A DNA stretch of 63,415 bases, counting the filler, from Octopus bimaculoides (lineage: Eukaryota), in the NCBI RefSeq assembly GCF_001194135.2. It is 6 parts of 6 records of this genome, joined end to end, with 100 filler letters (N's around TTAATTAATTAA, not from the genome) between each part and the next. Parts side by side here need not be neighbours in the genome. Positions count along the whole stretch, not along the records: positions 1 to 15,678 come from NC_068998.1; positions 15,779 to 34,765 come from NC_068996.1; 4 more parts are not named here. One strand, given 5' to 3'. The notes under the pieces were generated by a model. The model made no database searches. It was not told the DNA's origin and saw only the letters and a list, made by a program, of their open reading frames with translations. This document shows, piece by piece, positions 13,085 through 25,241 of the stretch (position 1 is its first letter; each line of letters begins with the position of its first letter). The translations under genes were made by a program, and so were the position numbers.

Positions 13085-13297
13085 GGTAGTGTGTTAGCAG
13101 GATCATTAGCATACCAGGCAAAATACTTAGTGGCATTTCATCCATTTTTATGTTCTGAGTTCAAATTCTGCCAGGGTTGATTTTTGCTTTTCTTGCTATC
13201 GAGGTCAATAAAGTAAGCACCAATTGAATATTGGGGCCAGTGTAATCAATTTACCCACTTCCCTTAAATTGCTGGCCTTGTGCCAAAATTTGAAACC
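13085..13297 (+). mobile_element. SINE family A, full length, CpG-decayed
   Basis: Head TTAGCAGGATCATTAGCA, core CTGAGTTCAAATTC, tail GCCAAAATTTGAAACC. Confidence 0.85.
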
Positions 13298-13720
13298 AAC
13301 TTTTCTGTTACATGAGATAACGAATTCTGAAACAAAACCAGGTGTGTTATTAAATTCCCTATTTCTTTTATTTCTTTACTTTTTTTTATTGAAATCATTG
13401 CCTTTTAACTACTTTATAATATCAATGATGCTGTAGAATGATTGAAGATCTGGAGTTACCTGAATGACTGATATTCTCACTGCTCTTGGATACACTACAG
13501 TGACTCTTTTAGGTGTCTACTTTTAGGTATCATTTCAGAACAGCAAAATGATAAAACCTGTGTTACTTATTTCCATTCCTTGCTTCTTTTAGTGGAAGCC
13601 TGTTATAATTTACTAATGGTAGATTGTGGAATTGTAGCCGTTGCTGTTTCATCTTAGGTCGACCCATATTAGCAGGCATATGGACATTAACGTTCCATGA
13701 CCATCTTGTCTTCATATATT

Positions 13721-13905
13721 GATTTCAAATTTTGGCACATGACCAGCAATTTCATTGAACCCAGTGTTGAACTGGTATTCATTTCATCGACCCAGAAAGG
13801 ATAAAAGGTAAAGTCAATCTCAGCAGAATTTGAACTCAGAGCATAAAGACAGATGAAATGCTGTAAGCAGTTTGTCTGGCATACTAACAGTTCTGCCAGT
13901 ATGCC
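13721..13905 (-). mobile_element. SINE family A
   Basis: Reverse-complement match to family A. Confidence 0.8.
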
Positions 13906-14033
13906 ACACACATCCTACAGTATGCCATACACAATACAGTGAAAATAAGAGCACCACAACAAACCACAGCACATAACCAATGCGCACAGAGCTGTGCTTG
14001 GTAGTGAAAGCATATGATAAGAATAAGACTACC

Positions 14034-14076
<43 letters not shown>
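13906..14076 (+). mobile_element. R4/Dong 3' end with (AAT)n tail
   Basis: AAGAGCACCACAACAAACCACAGCAC..GCGCACAGAGCTGTGCT matches the 3'UTR at 35080-35176. Confidence 0.75.
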
Positions 14077-14077
<1 letters not shown>

Positions 14078-14363
14078 GTTTCAAAGTTTGACACAAGACC
14101 AGCAATTTCAGTGCAGGCATAAAGTAAGCACCAATTGAATATTGGGGCCAGTGAAATCAATTTACCCCCGTCCCTTAAATTGCTGACCTCATCCCTTAAA
14201 TTACATCGATCCACCTAGTGTTCAACTGGTATTTATTTTATCAACCATGAAAGGATGAAAAGCAAAGACAGCCTCAGTGGAATTTGAACTCAGGACATAA
14301 AGACAGACGAAATACTGCTAAGCATTTTGCTTGGCCTGTCAACGATTCAGCCAGCTTACTACC
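14077..14363 (-). mobile_element. SINE family A with a 71-bp opposite-strand insert
   Basis: Minus-strand SINE interrupted at 14119-14189 by a plus-strand piece matching 13208-13278. Confidence 0.8.
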
Positions 14364-14892
14364 TGCCTGTCTTCGTATATTAGGGACCGCATAGTGCCAT
14401 GTAGTTGGCATCATTTGAATCAGATTCAGCTTTGGTTATTATCTGTTGTATATGGGGAGATCACATAAAGGTTTCTTCGTTGATTTTGCAATCTTTTATC
14501 CATGCATTTGTCTCCCATGCTTTTCTTCGTCGGAATTAATAATTTAGATATTACTTTTGTTCTTCATTAATTTCGCAGCTTTACTTAATGAAAATCACTT
14601 GGCTCACTGCATTAAGTACATTAATAAAATAACCACTTCACTATTAGCTTATTTATGCTGAAGGTGTCCCTTGGGCAATTTTCTGCACTTATACATTTTA
14701 GTTAATCACACCACTAAAGATTCAGTCACAAAAAATAAATATATATAAATCAATGAACACATATATATATACACACATGCATATATATCTATACATATGC
14801 ACGTATAGATACACACACACATATATACATATATATATATATATATATGATATATATATATATATGATATATATATGTATATATTATATATG

Positions 14893-14926
<34 letters not shown>

Positions 14927-15635
14927 TGCACACATATATAAATATATATATATATACACACATACATATTTATGTACACACACACACACACATGTATATG
15001 TATGTATATATATACACATGCACACACACATATATCCAGTCATTCGAAATGCTGCAGTAATGGTTGTTAGGGCAGCAAGTAGTAAATACAAAACACAGTT
15101 GCTAATTAGAATAAATTAGTTTGAAGAGATGTCTACTGATTTGAACAGGGTGTATTTGTTCAATAATTGTCGAATTTCTTTTTGTTTTGTCTTTTTCTAT
15201 CACAGTAGTTTCATATTTAGAAAATTTCATGCTTAGCTACATGCTTTGCATGTAGCTACACATCATTATTCATTATCATTATCATCACCAATCTCATCAA
15301 CAACATCATCTTGCAATATTAAAATGATGAAGTTCACTATTCAGTGAACCAACATTTGATCACTTCCTCATTGATATTATTGACATGAGGAAAGGGTAAA
15401 ACGCAAGTATCAATGAATTGAGGAACACACGGTATTGTATATATGTTTATCTATCTATCTATCTATCTATATACATATATATATATTTCATCATCATCAT
15501 CAGTCCACCCTCCATGCTAGCATGACCATGTTTGTGATGTATGTATATATGTATACATAGATTTCTAAAGGTATAAAACATATACACACACAGACATATA
15601 CATGCATGTACATAGATATGTTTATATATAGACTT

Positions 15636-15673
<38 letters not shown>

Positions 15674-15779
15674 TATATNNNNNNNNNNNNNNNNNNNNNN
15701 NNNNNNNNNNNNNNNNNNNNNNTTAATTAATTAANNNNNNNNNNNNNNNNNNNNNNNNNNNNNNNNNNNNNNNNNNNNA

Positions 15780-16000
15780 ACAACAGACGAGGACAGGTGA
15801 TGTAAACAACAAAAGGATGTATTAGTTTAACGCTTGCGAATAGAGAAAGTCTTTAACGTCTCGAGCTACGCTCTTCAATAGAAAGAATAAGGAGAAAAAC
15901 AAGGAGAAAATCATGGAGAAAAAAATTTGAATGTTGTGGTCAGCGATCTATCATGGCGACTGCCGGACAGAAAGTTCACACAAGAGAGCTAGGAAAACGG
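15780..16000 (-). mobile_element. PLE terminal-repeat-like segment with decayed type-I hammerhead (15850-15886)
   Basis: Minus: UCUUU-CUAUUGA-A-GAGC(GUA)GCUC-GAGAC-GU-U-AAAGA; stems intact, core mutated; a short homologue of this family lies at ~60840-60870. Confidence 0.55.
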
Positions 16001-16242
16001 GGAAATTGTTGCTTTTTCAGAAGACGAAAAAATAGTTATACTGTTCCATTACTTTTTACATTAACAACAGTTGCAGCTTAACAATAATACTTTGCATAAA
16101 ATCGTAACTCCATGCATGTATGATATTTTCAGTCAGAAATATTTTCGCAAAACTGTCGTATGTTGGACTTACTAGACTTTCGAAAAATGCCAAACCGGAG
16201 TGCTAAGGTTTCTACTAGTTCGCCGCCTTTAAAATAGTCCTG

Positions 16243-16402
16243 TCTACTCTAGGCACATAGCCCGAAATTCTCGGAGAGGGGCCCAGTCGAGTAGATCAAG
16301 GCAAAGTCGACCTCGGCGGAATTTGAACTCAGAACGTAAAGACAGACGAAATACCGCTAAGCATTTCGCCCGGCGTGCTAACGTTTCTGCCAGTTCACCG
16401 CC
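16243..16402 (-). mobile_element. SINE family A, CpG-rich, internally deleted
   Basis: GCAAAGTCGACCTCGGCGGAATTTGAACTCAGAACGTAAAG..GCCCGGCGTGCTAACG. Confidence 0.9.
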
Positions 16403-16454
16403 TTTAAAAGATAAGATTATATATGAGTGTATCTGTGATGACTTAAGTTACATC

Positions 16455-16990
16455 TCTTATTTTTTATCTATTTCAGCCATTGGACTGTGGTCATGCTGGA
16501 GCACCACCTGGAATGGTTTACTCGAACAAATCAACTCCAGTACATGTCTTTTTAAAGCCTGATACTTATGCTATTTCATTTGCCGAACTAATAATTCGCG
16601 TGGACATAAACAAACCGATACTTGTCGTCAAGCGAATGTGGTGGACAAACACAAACCGAAACAGGAACTCATATACATATATGGTTGCCCTGAGTCTAGA
16701 GCTGAAGACACTTACTCAAGGTGCCGCGTAGTGGGAACTGAACACGGAGTCACAAGGTTGGGAAGCAAGCTTTTTAACCACACAGCTACGCTTGCAATTT
16801 ACACCATTTTTCTTATATTTTAATTTTATCATACTTGTTTTTTTTTTAAAGCCCAGTACTTATTCTACCGGTCTCTTTTGCCGAAGTTACGGGGACGTAA
16901 ACACCAACTCCGGTTGTCAAGTGGTGGTGGCGGGGCAGAAACAAACACAAAGACACACACACATAGATATATGAATGCATATACATATAA
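16455..16990 (-). mobile_element. SINE family B, one full and one partial copy
   Basis: Matches 8170-8580. Confidence 0.8.
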
Positions 16991-16994
16991 GTAT

Positions 16995-17745
16995 ACAGAT
17001 TCGTTGTGTGTTGCGTTCCATTACTTGGTAAATGAAAAATGTATAAACAAACGACGTAGCGTATACTGAATGTAAAAAAGAAACGGGAGACATACAGAAA
17101 GTCCATAATTCTTCATCAGTTATCGACCAATGGTACTTTTCAGTTTCGCACCTTTAACGATAAGACTAAGTGCTTCCCAATTGGCGGTGCCCGCAAGAAA
17201 AAAACTGCTTTCTTGCGTAGAAGTAGGGACAAGTGTATGCAAAACGAAACAAGGTATGCAAAATGACACAGAGTGTGATTTAGGATGGTGGACGGGGACG
17301 AACAGTCGAACAAAATAGGACCTTGGGGCCAGGGAGACGAGAATAGTGGGTAACGCTTTGAAAAGGATGGAGAACGGAGAGACAGAATTTTTGATTGGTC
17401 AAATTTTTGATTGGACCAATCTAAGAAAGAAAGAAAAGACGAATTCGCCGCTGGTCATATGACAACAGCAGACACAGGAGAAATACAGCAGGGGGGGGGA
17501 GACAGCAGAAAGGGAGTAAGCAGAAAGGTTAGAATAGAAAAGTGAGAGAAATAAAAGGAGAAAAAATGAAGGCAAGAGAGTAAGAGAGACAGAGATAGAG
17601 AGAGAGAGAGAGAGAGAGTCACACGGGTATATAAAAAAACTTACTTGTTAATACAAATTCGGTGTGTGTTGCGTTCCATTACTTGATACATGAAAAAATG
17701 TATAAACAAATGACGTAACGGACACTGAATGTGAAAACAAACCAG
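16995..17745 (-). mobile_element. PLE-like non-coding unit bounded by a ~95-bp direct repeat
   Basis: ATACAGATTCGTTGTGTGTTGCGTTCCATTACTTG.. (~16995-17090) repeated at ~17650-17745; contains the motif at 17113-17185. Confidence 0.6.
17113..17185 (-). ncRNA. Non-circularly permuted hammerhead-like motif, core intact
   Basis: Minus: GCCAAU..UUAGU-C-UUAUCG-UUAAAGGUGC-GAA-ACUGA-..AUUGGU-CGAUAA-CUGAUGA-AG. Confidence 0.75.
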
Positions 17746-17759
17746 ATCATTTTTTTTCT

Positions 17760-18010
17760 TTGTCTCACCCTGTCACTTCTATTCTAGCCTTTCTACTTAC
17801 TCCCTTTCACTCTCTCTCTCTTGTATTCCTAGCCCTTCTCTTTCCCTTTCACCCACTTTCCTTTTTTTTTCTCTGTCACTCTCTCTTCCTGCTGTCTTTC
17901 ACCTGTGCCCACTAGTGTCACATGACCAGCAGCGAGTTCCCCTTTTTTCTTCCTTTCTTAAACTGGTCCCTTAGCTGACTAGTCGCACATTCTGTCTCTT
18001 CGTTCTTCAA
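17760..18010 (-). repeat. Diverged inverted copy of ~17340-17560
   Basis: Shared motifs GAGACAGAAT, GCTGGTCATNTGACA, GAAAGGGAGTAAGNAGAAAGGNTAGAATAGAA in opposite orientation. Confidence 0.65.
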
Positions 18011-18058
18011 AATAATTTCGAAGCGTTCCCCACAATTCTCGTCTCTTTGTGCTTAAGA

Positions 18059-18268
18059 GGGGAACTTTCTAAGTGCAATCTCATAGTCAGTCGTGACCGA
18101 AAGGAGTCTTTACTCTTTACTCTATGTACATATAATGGCGTGGAGAGGGGTGGCTGGTATGCATGGGCTGCTGGTCTTCCATAAACAACCTTGCTCGGAC
18201 ATGTTTTGGAGTGGAACTTTCTAACTGCAATCCCATAGTCATTCATGATCGAAGGGGGTCTTTACTCA
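18059..18268 (+). repeat. Two ~55-bp direct repeats (probable retroelement 3' ends)
   Basis: GGAACTTTCTAAGTGCAATCTCATAGTCA..GTCTTTACTC at ~18060 and GGAACTTTCTAACTGCAATCCCATAGTCA..GTCTTTACTC at ~18212. Confidence 0.7.
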
Positions 18269-18340
18269 TTTTTATGTTTCTCATAGGATATAGAAATAAA
18301 GGAATTAGAAAATATTTGGCCTTATTGTTGCTGAAGTTAA

Positions 18341-18535
18341 GGCGGTGGTCAGCGCGTCGGACAAAATGCCTTACAGCATTTCGTCCGTCTTTACGTTCTG
18401 AGTTAACATTCCACCGAGGCCGACTTTGCTTTTCATCCTTACAGGGGGCGTCAATAATATAAGCACCAGTTGGACACTGGGATCGATGTAATCAACTTAG
18501 CCCCCTCCCTGACGCAAGTGGCCTTGTTATGGTGA
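18341..18535 (+). mobile_element. SINE family A
   Basis: GCATTTCGTCCGTCTTTACGTTCTGAG..GACTTTGCTTTTCATCCTT. Confidence 0.85.
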
Positions 18536-19661
18536 TGCAATAAGTAGGTTATGAAGTAAATGTTTTCCTGTACATGACGGAAACACACTGCAATGGTAAC
18601 AGTGTAGAACGGACGTTTGTGGTGGAATATAGCAGCGGGTGGGTGACATTCTCGATTCATCCAATTAGAACGAAAGCAAGAACCCGGTTCTATGTCAGAG
18701 TTAATGTCGAGAAGAGAGTAGCTCTAATCAGAATCACCAAACATTTTAAACGATACGCCACAACAAAAAATGGCAGATGAACACCCTAGTAAATTCTGAT
18801 TGATACGACGCCTTACTCGGCAACGCGCTGATTCAACGGCTGAATATTTCATGATGGTTATTTACTTTGTCAAACCCAAATATGTATCAGCTTCTCGTTT
18901 TATCCGTTAGTTACTCTGACATTAATTTAGCTGTGAGCACTTGTTGAACCACTTAAAGGTACAATTCAAATCCGTACATCGGCTCAAATATCTAAGACGA
19001 CACACTCTTACGCGTAAACTCATCTGTATACATTCACACATCCAAATACGCACAGCCGGACACAAGCACGCGTGCACACACATACTCTCACACACACACA
19101 CACAAACATATACACACAGACACGGACACAAGCTGGCACAAACACATGTACACACACACAAACATATACACACAGACACGGACACAAGCTGGCACAAACA
19201 CATGCACACACACACACACACACACACACACGCATGCACGCACCCACACACGCACTTAGGCACGCGCACACACACATGCACATACTACACACGCGCATGC
19301 ACACACAGGCAAGCGCACATCACAAACAGACTTATACTGCAACTGAATGAATGACGATCTTTCTAAGCCGTTGCAACAACTAGAACACCAATTTAATGCA
19401 TACTTCCCTCTCCATATATTCTGCAACGGTTCCTGTTGCTCTAAGCTAGCGTTTATTTTTTATTCTTAGAAAATTATAACGAATAAATAATCTTTTATAT
19501 GTAGTAATTGACGATGAAAAGAAGACACAATCACGCTAACAAGCGTTGAGCGTGACGTTTTTATTCCGGCAATAAACATTAGGATGTGATTATTGAGTTG
19601 GAAAATAGTGTGAAAATGCCCCCAAAAGATAAGTAAATACTGTACATTCGAAAATGACAAA

Positions 19662-19703
<42 letters not shown>

Positions 19704-20399
19704 TGAATACAATCAAGTATTATTTTTACTTCAAATTACTTTATATAAGAAACGAATTCAACACCTGAAGAACTAACTAGTTGCTTCTGTTGAAAAAAAA
19801 TAGGAATAAAACATTGAATAATATATACTATGTCTGAGGCGATTCACGTTTTATAACATACGACATACGTGTATTTTACACATTTCAAATTAATTGCTGC
19901 AATATATATATTGTTCAATGATTTCTACAAACACACGTGCATAAAACTTACGTATGCGCACGCGCACTCTAACAAATCACACCTTAGTAAACACATACAA
20001 CACGTATTCAGGCACAGAACTTAATGTACAAATCAATGAGAGAGAAGACCTAGTTGTAGTAATCTTTCCACTTCCTAGAAATAGCAACCTAGTCACCCTC
20101 AGAACCCTCCCCATCATTGTCGAATATAAGAACATACTGGATAAGGCAGTTCAAGATAATTTAGATGTGATAACAGTCTTCTGAATAATTTCAGAGTCTC
20201 CAAAACTGGTAGGGAGAAAAAGTATTGGCAAACCAAATACCTTGCTCCGAATGCTTACATGAGTGCCGCTTAGAGCCACGCAGGAAGTAGATTTCAGCAG
20301 AGTGAGGGATTTAATCTGTTACCCATATTTTGGTTCACCATTCACATAAAATTTACCATTTCCATATATGACCTTTTATTTCTGGCTAGAATTAAGTCG

Positions 20400-20720
20400 G
20401 CGTGTTGGCAGAATCATTATCACGCCGAGAAAGATGTTTCGCATCATTTTCTTTGGCTTTGTGTCTCCTGAATTCAAATCTCGCTGTTGCAAGTCCATAA
20501 CCGTTACTGATATTCAGGTGACAGAAGTGAGTTACAGTAAGTCTGAAATATCTGTTACTTTTCAGAATCGATAAAATAAAGTAACAGTTAAAAGCTGGGG
20601 GTCGATGTAACCGACTGACCCCCACCCCAATTTCTGGTGCCTATAGTAGAAAGGATTAATTGCTTGAACTATTCTACCAAGGTCGACTTTGCCTTTCATC
20701 ATTTCAGGCCTTGTGCTTTA
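20400..20720 (+). mobile_element. Rearranged SINE family A copy with local insertion/duplication
   Basis: Head and tail recognisable; 20484-20544 copied from 20803-20863. Confidence 0.6.
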
Positions 20721-21265
20721 TAGTAGAAAGAACTATTTGCTAGAGCTGGATGAAGTTGCAGTACCCATGATATTCACTGATGTCGTTCATGTCCCGTTTA
20801 AACTGTTGTAAGTCCATAACCGTTGCTGATATTCAGGTGAGAGAAATGAACTATAGAAAGTCTACAGAAGTTTGAGCATAGAATGTAGGTTGCTTTGCGA
20901 AGTTGCGAAGGGGTGTGAATTTCATTTCGCGCACGGCGGAGGCCGGTTCCTTTTCACTGGACATGGGGGTTTCTTTCCTAAGTTAATATATTTAATTTTT
21001 CTCAAAACAAAGTGCTTCTTTCTCACAAGAGATTTAATCCTCGTGGTGCGTGTTTTTACTGCTTTAACAGTTTTTTTAAATGTCTTTTCTTCTCACATTT
21101 TCTTTTCGAGGAAGTCTGCTTATTCCTGTCGAATTCTGTATTGAATGGGACTGTTACGAGAAGGTGAATTCAGGATACTTATTCCTTCCTGTTATTATTA
21201 TTGATGTAGTTGACCCTCCTTGTTTCACCGGCTATGAGAGAGAGAGAGTGAGAGAGGGAGAGAGA

Positions 21266-21330
<65 letters not shown>

Positions 21331-23868
21331 GAGGGGGAATATCTCTGGTGTCATGGTTCGCTGCTCTTAATGAGGACCGAGCAATTTTATTCACCTACTC
21401 ACGACATGTGTCCGGCGTTACCTTAGGATCGACAACGTCTATGATTATTCGTATTGCTTTTGTTATTTCAGGTTTTTCTGTACATCTAGCTTACAGATGG
21501 ATTTTGATTTTGAAAGTGTAGCAGTAGGGGCATCTAAGTCAGACGCTGAATTTTAAGGTCTTCCACTCAGCACCTTCTCCAGTTCTGTTATTGTTTTATG
21601 ACCTTGCTGTGCTTCTAAGGATTTGAAAATCCAGTGTCACCGGGCTACATTTCAAATGTTTGCCCAAATTGCAGTTATTATATATATATAATTTTATATC
21701 ACTAGCCATCAACCAGGTGCCTTCCCTGAGTCCAGGGTTTGGCTTGCCAAGACTCTCTTGTTCTGTATAGGTTGTGTTGTATGTGTATAATCCGTCAGGC
21801 ACTTAATTACTGTCCAACCTTTCATAACCTCTGCCTCAAGCATCATTGACAGCGCCTTGCGATTTTTCACACCGTCTTCAGCAGCAATTCGTATCCATAA
21901 TATGATAGCTTACTGAACATGATTCCCGAAAATAATTATCCTTAGACTTTCAAAATTTTTTGCGCTGCAGCAGTTATTACACTGTCTTTTCAGCATATCC
22001 TGCCCGAACAGTAAAAGATCCAGATCTCAAAAAAAATTCTACCTCCTGCCCAATAGTTGTGTACACTGTCAAAGTTATTATCCCGTAAACCAGAATTGGC
22101 ATAATATAACTGTTTAATAGCATCAATTTTAGAGACCGTATTATGGCTTTTGACATGAGAAACTTTTTCATTGTTATAGATGTTCTTATATGTTCTTTGA
22201 GTAATTTCTTCTTCACAGCGATGTTCCCGATTTATCATAGTCTAAAATACTTGAAGTTGTTTACTTGCACAAGCTTCTGTCTATCTATTTACATATTAGC
22301 AATTTTTTTTTTGTCTAACGAATAAACAATTGTTTTCATCATCTTTACCTTCATATTTAGACCTTTCTTGTCACTTTGCTATTTTGCAACATAGATTTTG
22401 TACTTTTTCCAAAGACACGGTTTATTTGATTTACATTTATTTGTTTTAAAAGTGTGTTGAATATCCTAACACACTCAGAAGAGAAAGTTTATAAATATCT
22501 GAATTATAAGAGACAAGTTGAATAATTGAATTCACTAATGATGATTTATCTATCTTGACAAAAGGAACAGCAATGTTTGTATTGACATTAAAGAATCCCG
22601 TCAGTCTCTTTAATGGGATTGAATTGGGCAAAGTTCTAAATGTTAATCCACTACAAATGCCTCGTTGCTGTTACGCTAATTCAAAAGTGACGCACTGCAA
22701 ACAGAAACATCAGAGCAAATGATTATGCATCTTTTCAGAAAATCGAATCGATGATCAAAGCGGTTAGTTCGCTCGTAATTAGCAGGCTAGGATAGAGCTA
22801 AGAGCTTAAATATTCGCTCGGAAGGACGAGCTTAAGATTCCAATGTATTTCTAGACAAAAGATGAAATCTGTTAGCAACATGTAATACTTTCAGCAAGAA
22901 TCCGTCACCAAACTTGAAATATACATTCCGTTACTTTTAGTCAGATTTACCTATTTAAGTTGGCTCTCCGCTTCAGCTAAGTCGACTTCATATGTCATCA
23001 CATGAAAGATTCTGAAACCTACAGAAAGATTTCGGTACTTAATCCTGAGAAGAGAATAAGAGTAAACACCATAAATGGATCCTAATGATTTCGATATGTT
23101 AACTACTTTTAACTATCGGAATATCGCAGAAAAATATTTTGAATATAATGTGAAATTTAGAACAGTCGGCTAATTCTAGTCTATTGTCGTCCATGAGACT
23201 TACAAATGTCAAGAAAGATTTAAGATAACAGGAATTTCTTGTGACAGAATTATTGAGGTGAATATTGATTTGGATTTAGGCAGCGAAGTATATTTGCATG
23301 GATTATATTAAACATTTAAATGCGGTAATATTCAAGTGAAGATGGTAACATTAGCATGACCCTGTTATATTGAATAATGACACTGAATAGTTAAACGTAC
23401 TCACTCGTATATATGCATCAATGCATACATTCATGTATACATATATGCACATATATATATATATCTATATGGATACGTACCTACAAACATACATAAAGAT
23501 ATACACACATGCATACCTACATACATGCATGTATATATGTATGCATATAAATATATATATATATGTATACACACACACACACACACACACAAACACACAC
23601 ACGGACACACACACATATATATACACACACAAACTTACATATGCAAAGAGAGAAAGAGACAGTGAGAGAGAGAGAGAGAGAGGGAGAAAAAGAGGAAGAG
23701 AAATAGATAGAAAGATTGCAGCTGAGCTAACGAGGTGGCAGGAAGGGTAGATAAATAGAGAGATAGATAGACAATTGGATTGATGGAGGTACACTTGGAC
23801 ATTGTTACCTACAAATATGTTTACATATATATATCCAGATCCATAGCTCTACATAGAGAGAAGACAAA

Positions 23869-23908
<40 letters not shown>

Positions 23909-23987
23909 CATACATTTTTATATGTAAATATATACATATATATATTCGCACACACATATTATATATATGTGTGTGTATGTATGCATA

Positions 23988-24025
<38 letters not shown>

Positions 24026-24057
24026 ACACATATATATATATATATATTATATATTCC

Positions 24058-24270
24058 TTTTTTTCTTTACATGTTTTCAGTCTGCGGTCATGCTGCAGCA
24101 CCACCTCGAAAGGTTTTAGTCGAATAAATCAATCCCAGGACTTATATATTTAAGCCTAGTACTTACTGTATCTGTCACTTTTACGGAAACGTTTAGTTAC
24201 CCGGACGTAAGCATACCATCATTGGTTGTCACGTGGTGGTGGAACACAAACATGGGCAGACAGACACACA
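24058..24270 (-). mobile_element. SINE family B 3' half
   Basis: Matches 8170-8380. Confidence 0.8.
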
Positions 24271-24351
24271 CCCACCCACATGTATATAGTGTACTGTTCC
24301 GTGATGGTAAGATTACATACATATATTTGTGTGCATATATGTATGTATGTT

Positions 24352-24984
24352 GGCCTGCCGTGTTTCCAAAGTATGTACCGAGAGTGATAAAAAGCAAACA
24401 TTCAGTCAACATAATGGTGTTTGGACTGATTACTAGTGATGGTGACTTTATGCCTCCATTCATCTTCCTACGCGGCCTCAAACTCAACACGGAAGCCTAC
24501 ATCAAGTGCCTGGGGGAGGTAGTGCTTCCCTGACTCAGAAGATGGCTGGTGGAAGACTCTATGTTTGGCAACAGGACTCTGTACCATACCACACAAGCAG
24601 GAGAATCCAGTCATGGCTGTCAGACCATTTCTGCCACCATATCACCCCTAACATCTGACCTCTTAGCTCCCCAGACTGCAACCTCCATAATTATTATGTG
24701 TGGGGCGCAGGTGAGCGAGAGACCTAAAAGCTCCTTGTAACACCAAAGATAAACTGAATACAAGGATTGTGGCACGTTGACTAATTTAAGCAAAGAGACC
24801 GTCCAGAAGAGTTGCAAGAGATTCCATAGTTGACTGGAGGCCGTGATTGAAGCCAATGGCGATTGTATTGAATAAATTTACTCAAGGTATCTTTATGTAA
24901 TTTTGGTAAATATATCTGTTAAAATAAGATGTCTGTGTTATTTTTATTTTTGCGTAATTGATGCAATATATTCACCGCACTCTG
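24352..24984 (+). mobile_element. Decayed Tc1/mariner (maT/DD37D-like) transposon 3' half
   Basis: Translation KHSVNIMVFGLITSDGDFMPPFIF..CLGEVVLP, then frameshifted WQQD, SPDCN and LEAVIEANGD-like motifs; ends CACCGCACTCTG-TA. Confidence 0.8.
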
Positions 24985-25154
24985 TACCCCCCCCCACACA
25001 CACGCAGGGATACATATTTCCATACACACATATATATGAATATATTTATTGATACACACACATACACACACGCACATATAGACAAAAGCGCACGCACATA
25101 TACTCACACATTACACACAGATATGACGATATGTGGGTGCGGTTGTCAATGTGT

Positions 25155-25241
<87 letters not shown>

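Noticed and set aside
15723-15734. TTAATTAATTAA islands inside gaps (also 34810-34821, 52612-52623, 56871-56882, 62130-62141)
   Set aside because: An identical 12-mer with stops in all six frames, centred in N runs: an assembly spacer, not biology. Adjacency across these gaps is also less certain.
19085-19205. Two ~50-bp repeats inside an AC tract (similar case at ~61450-61570)
   Set aside because: Ordinary slippage duplication within microsatellites.
19760-19800. CTGAAGA followed by a small hairpin
   Set aside because: No GAAA box or stem I/III partners.
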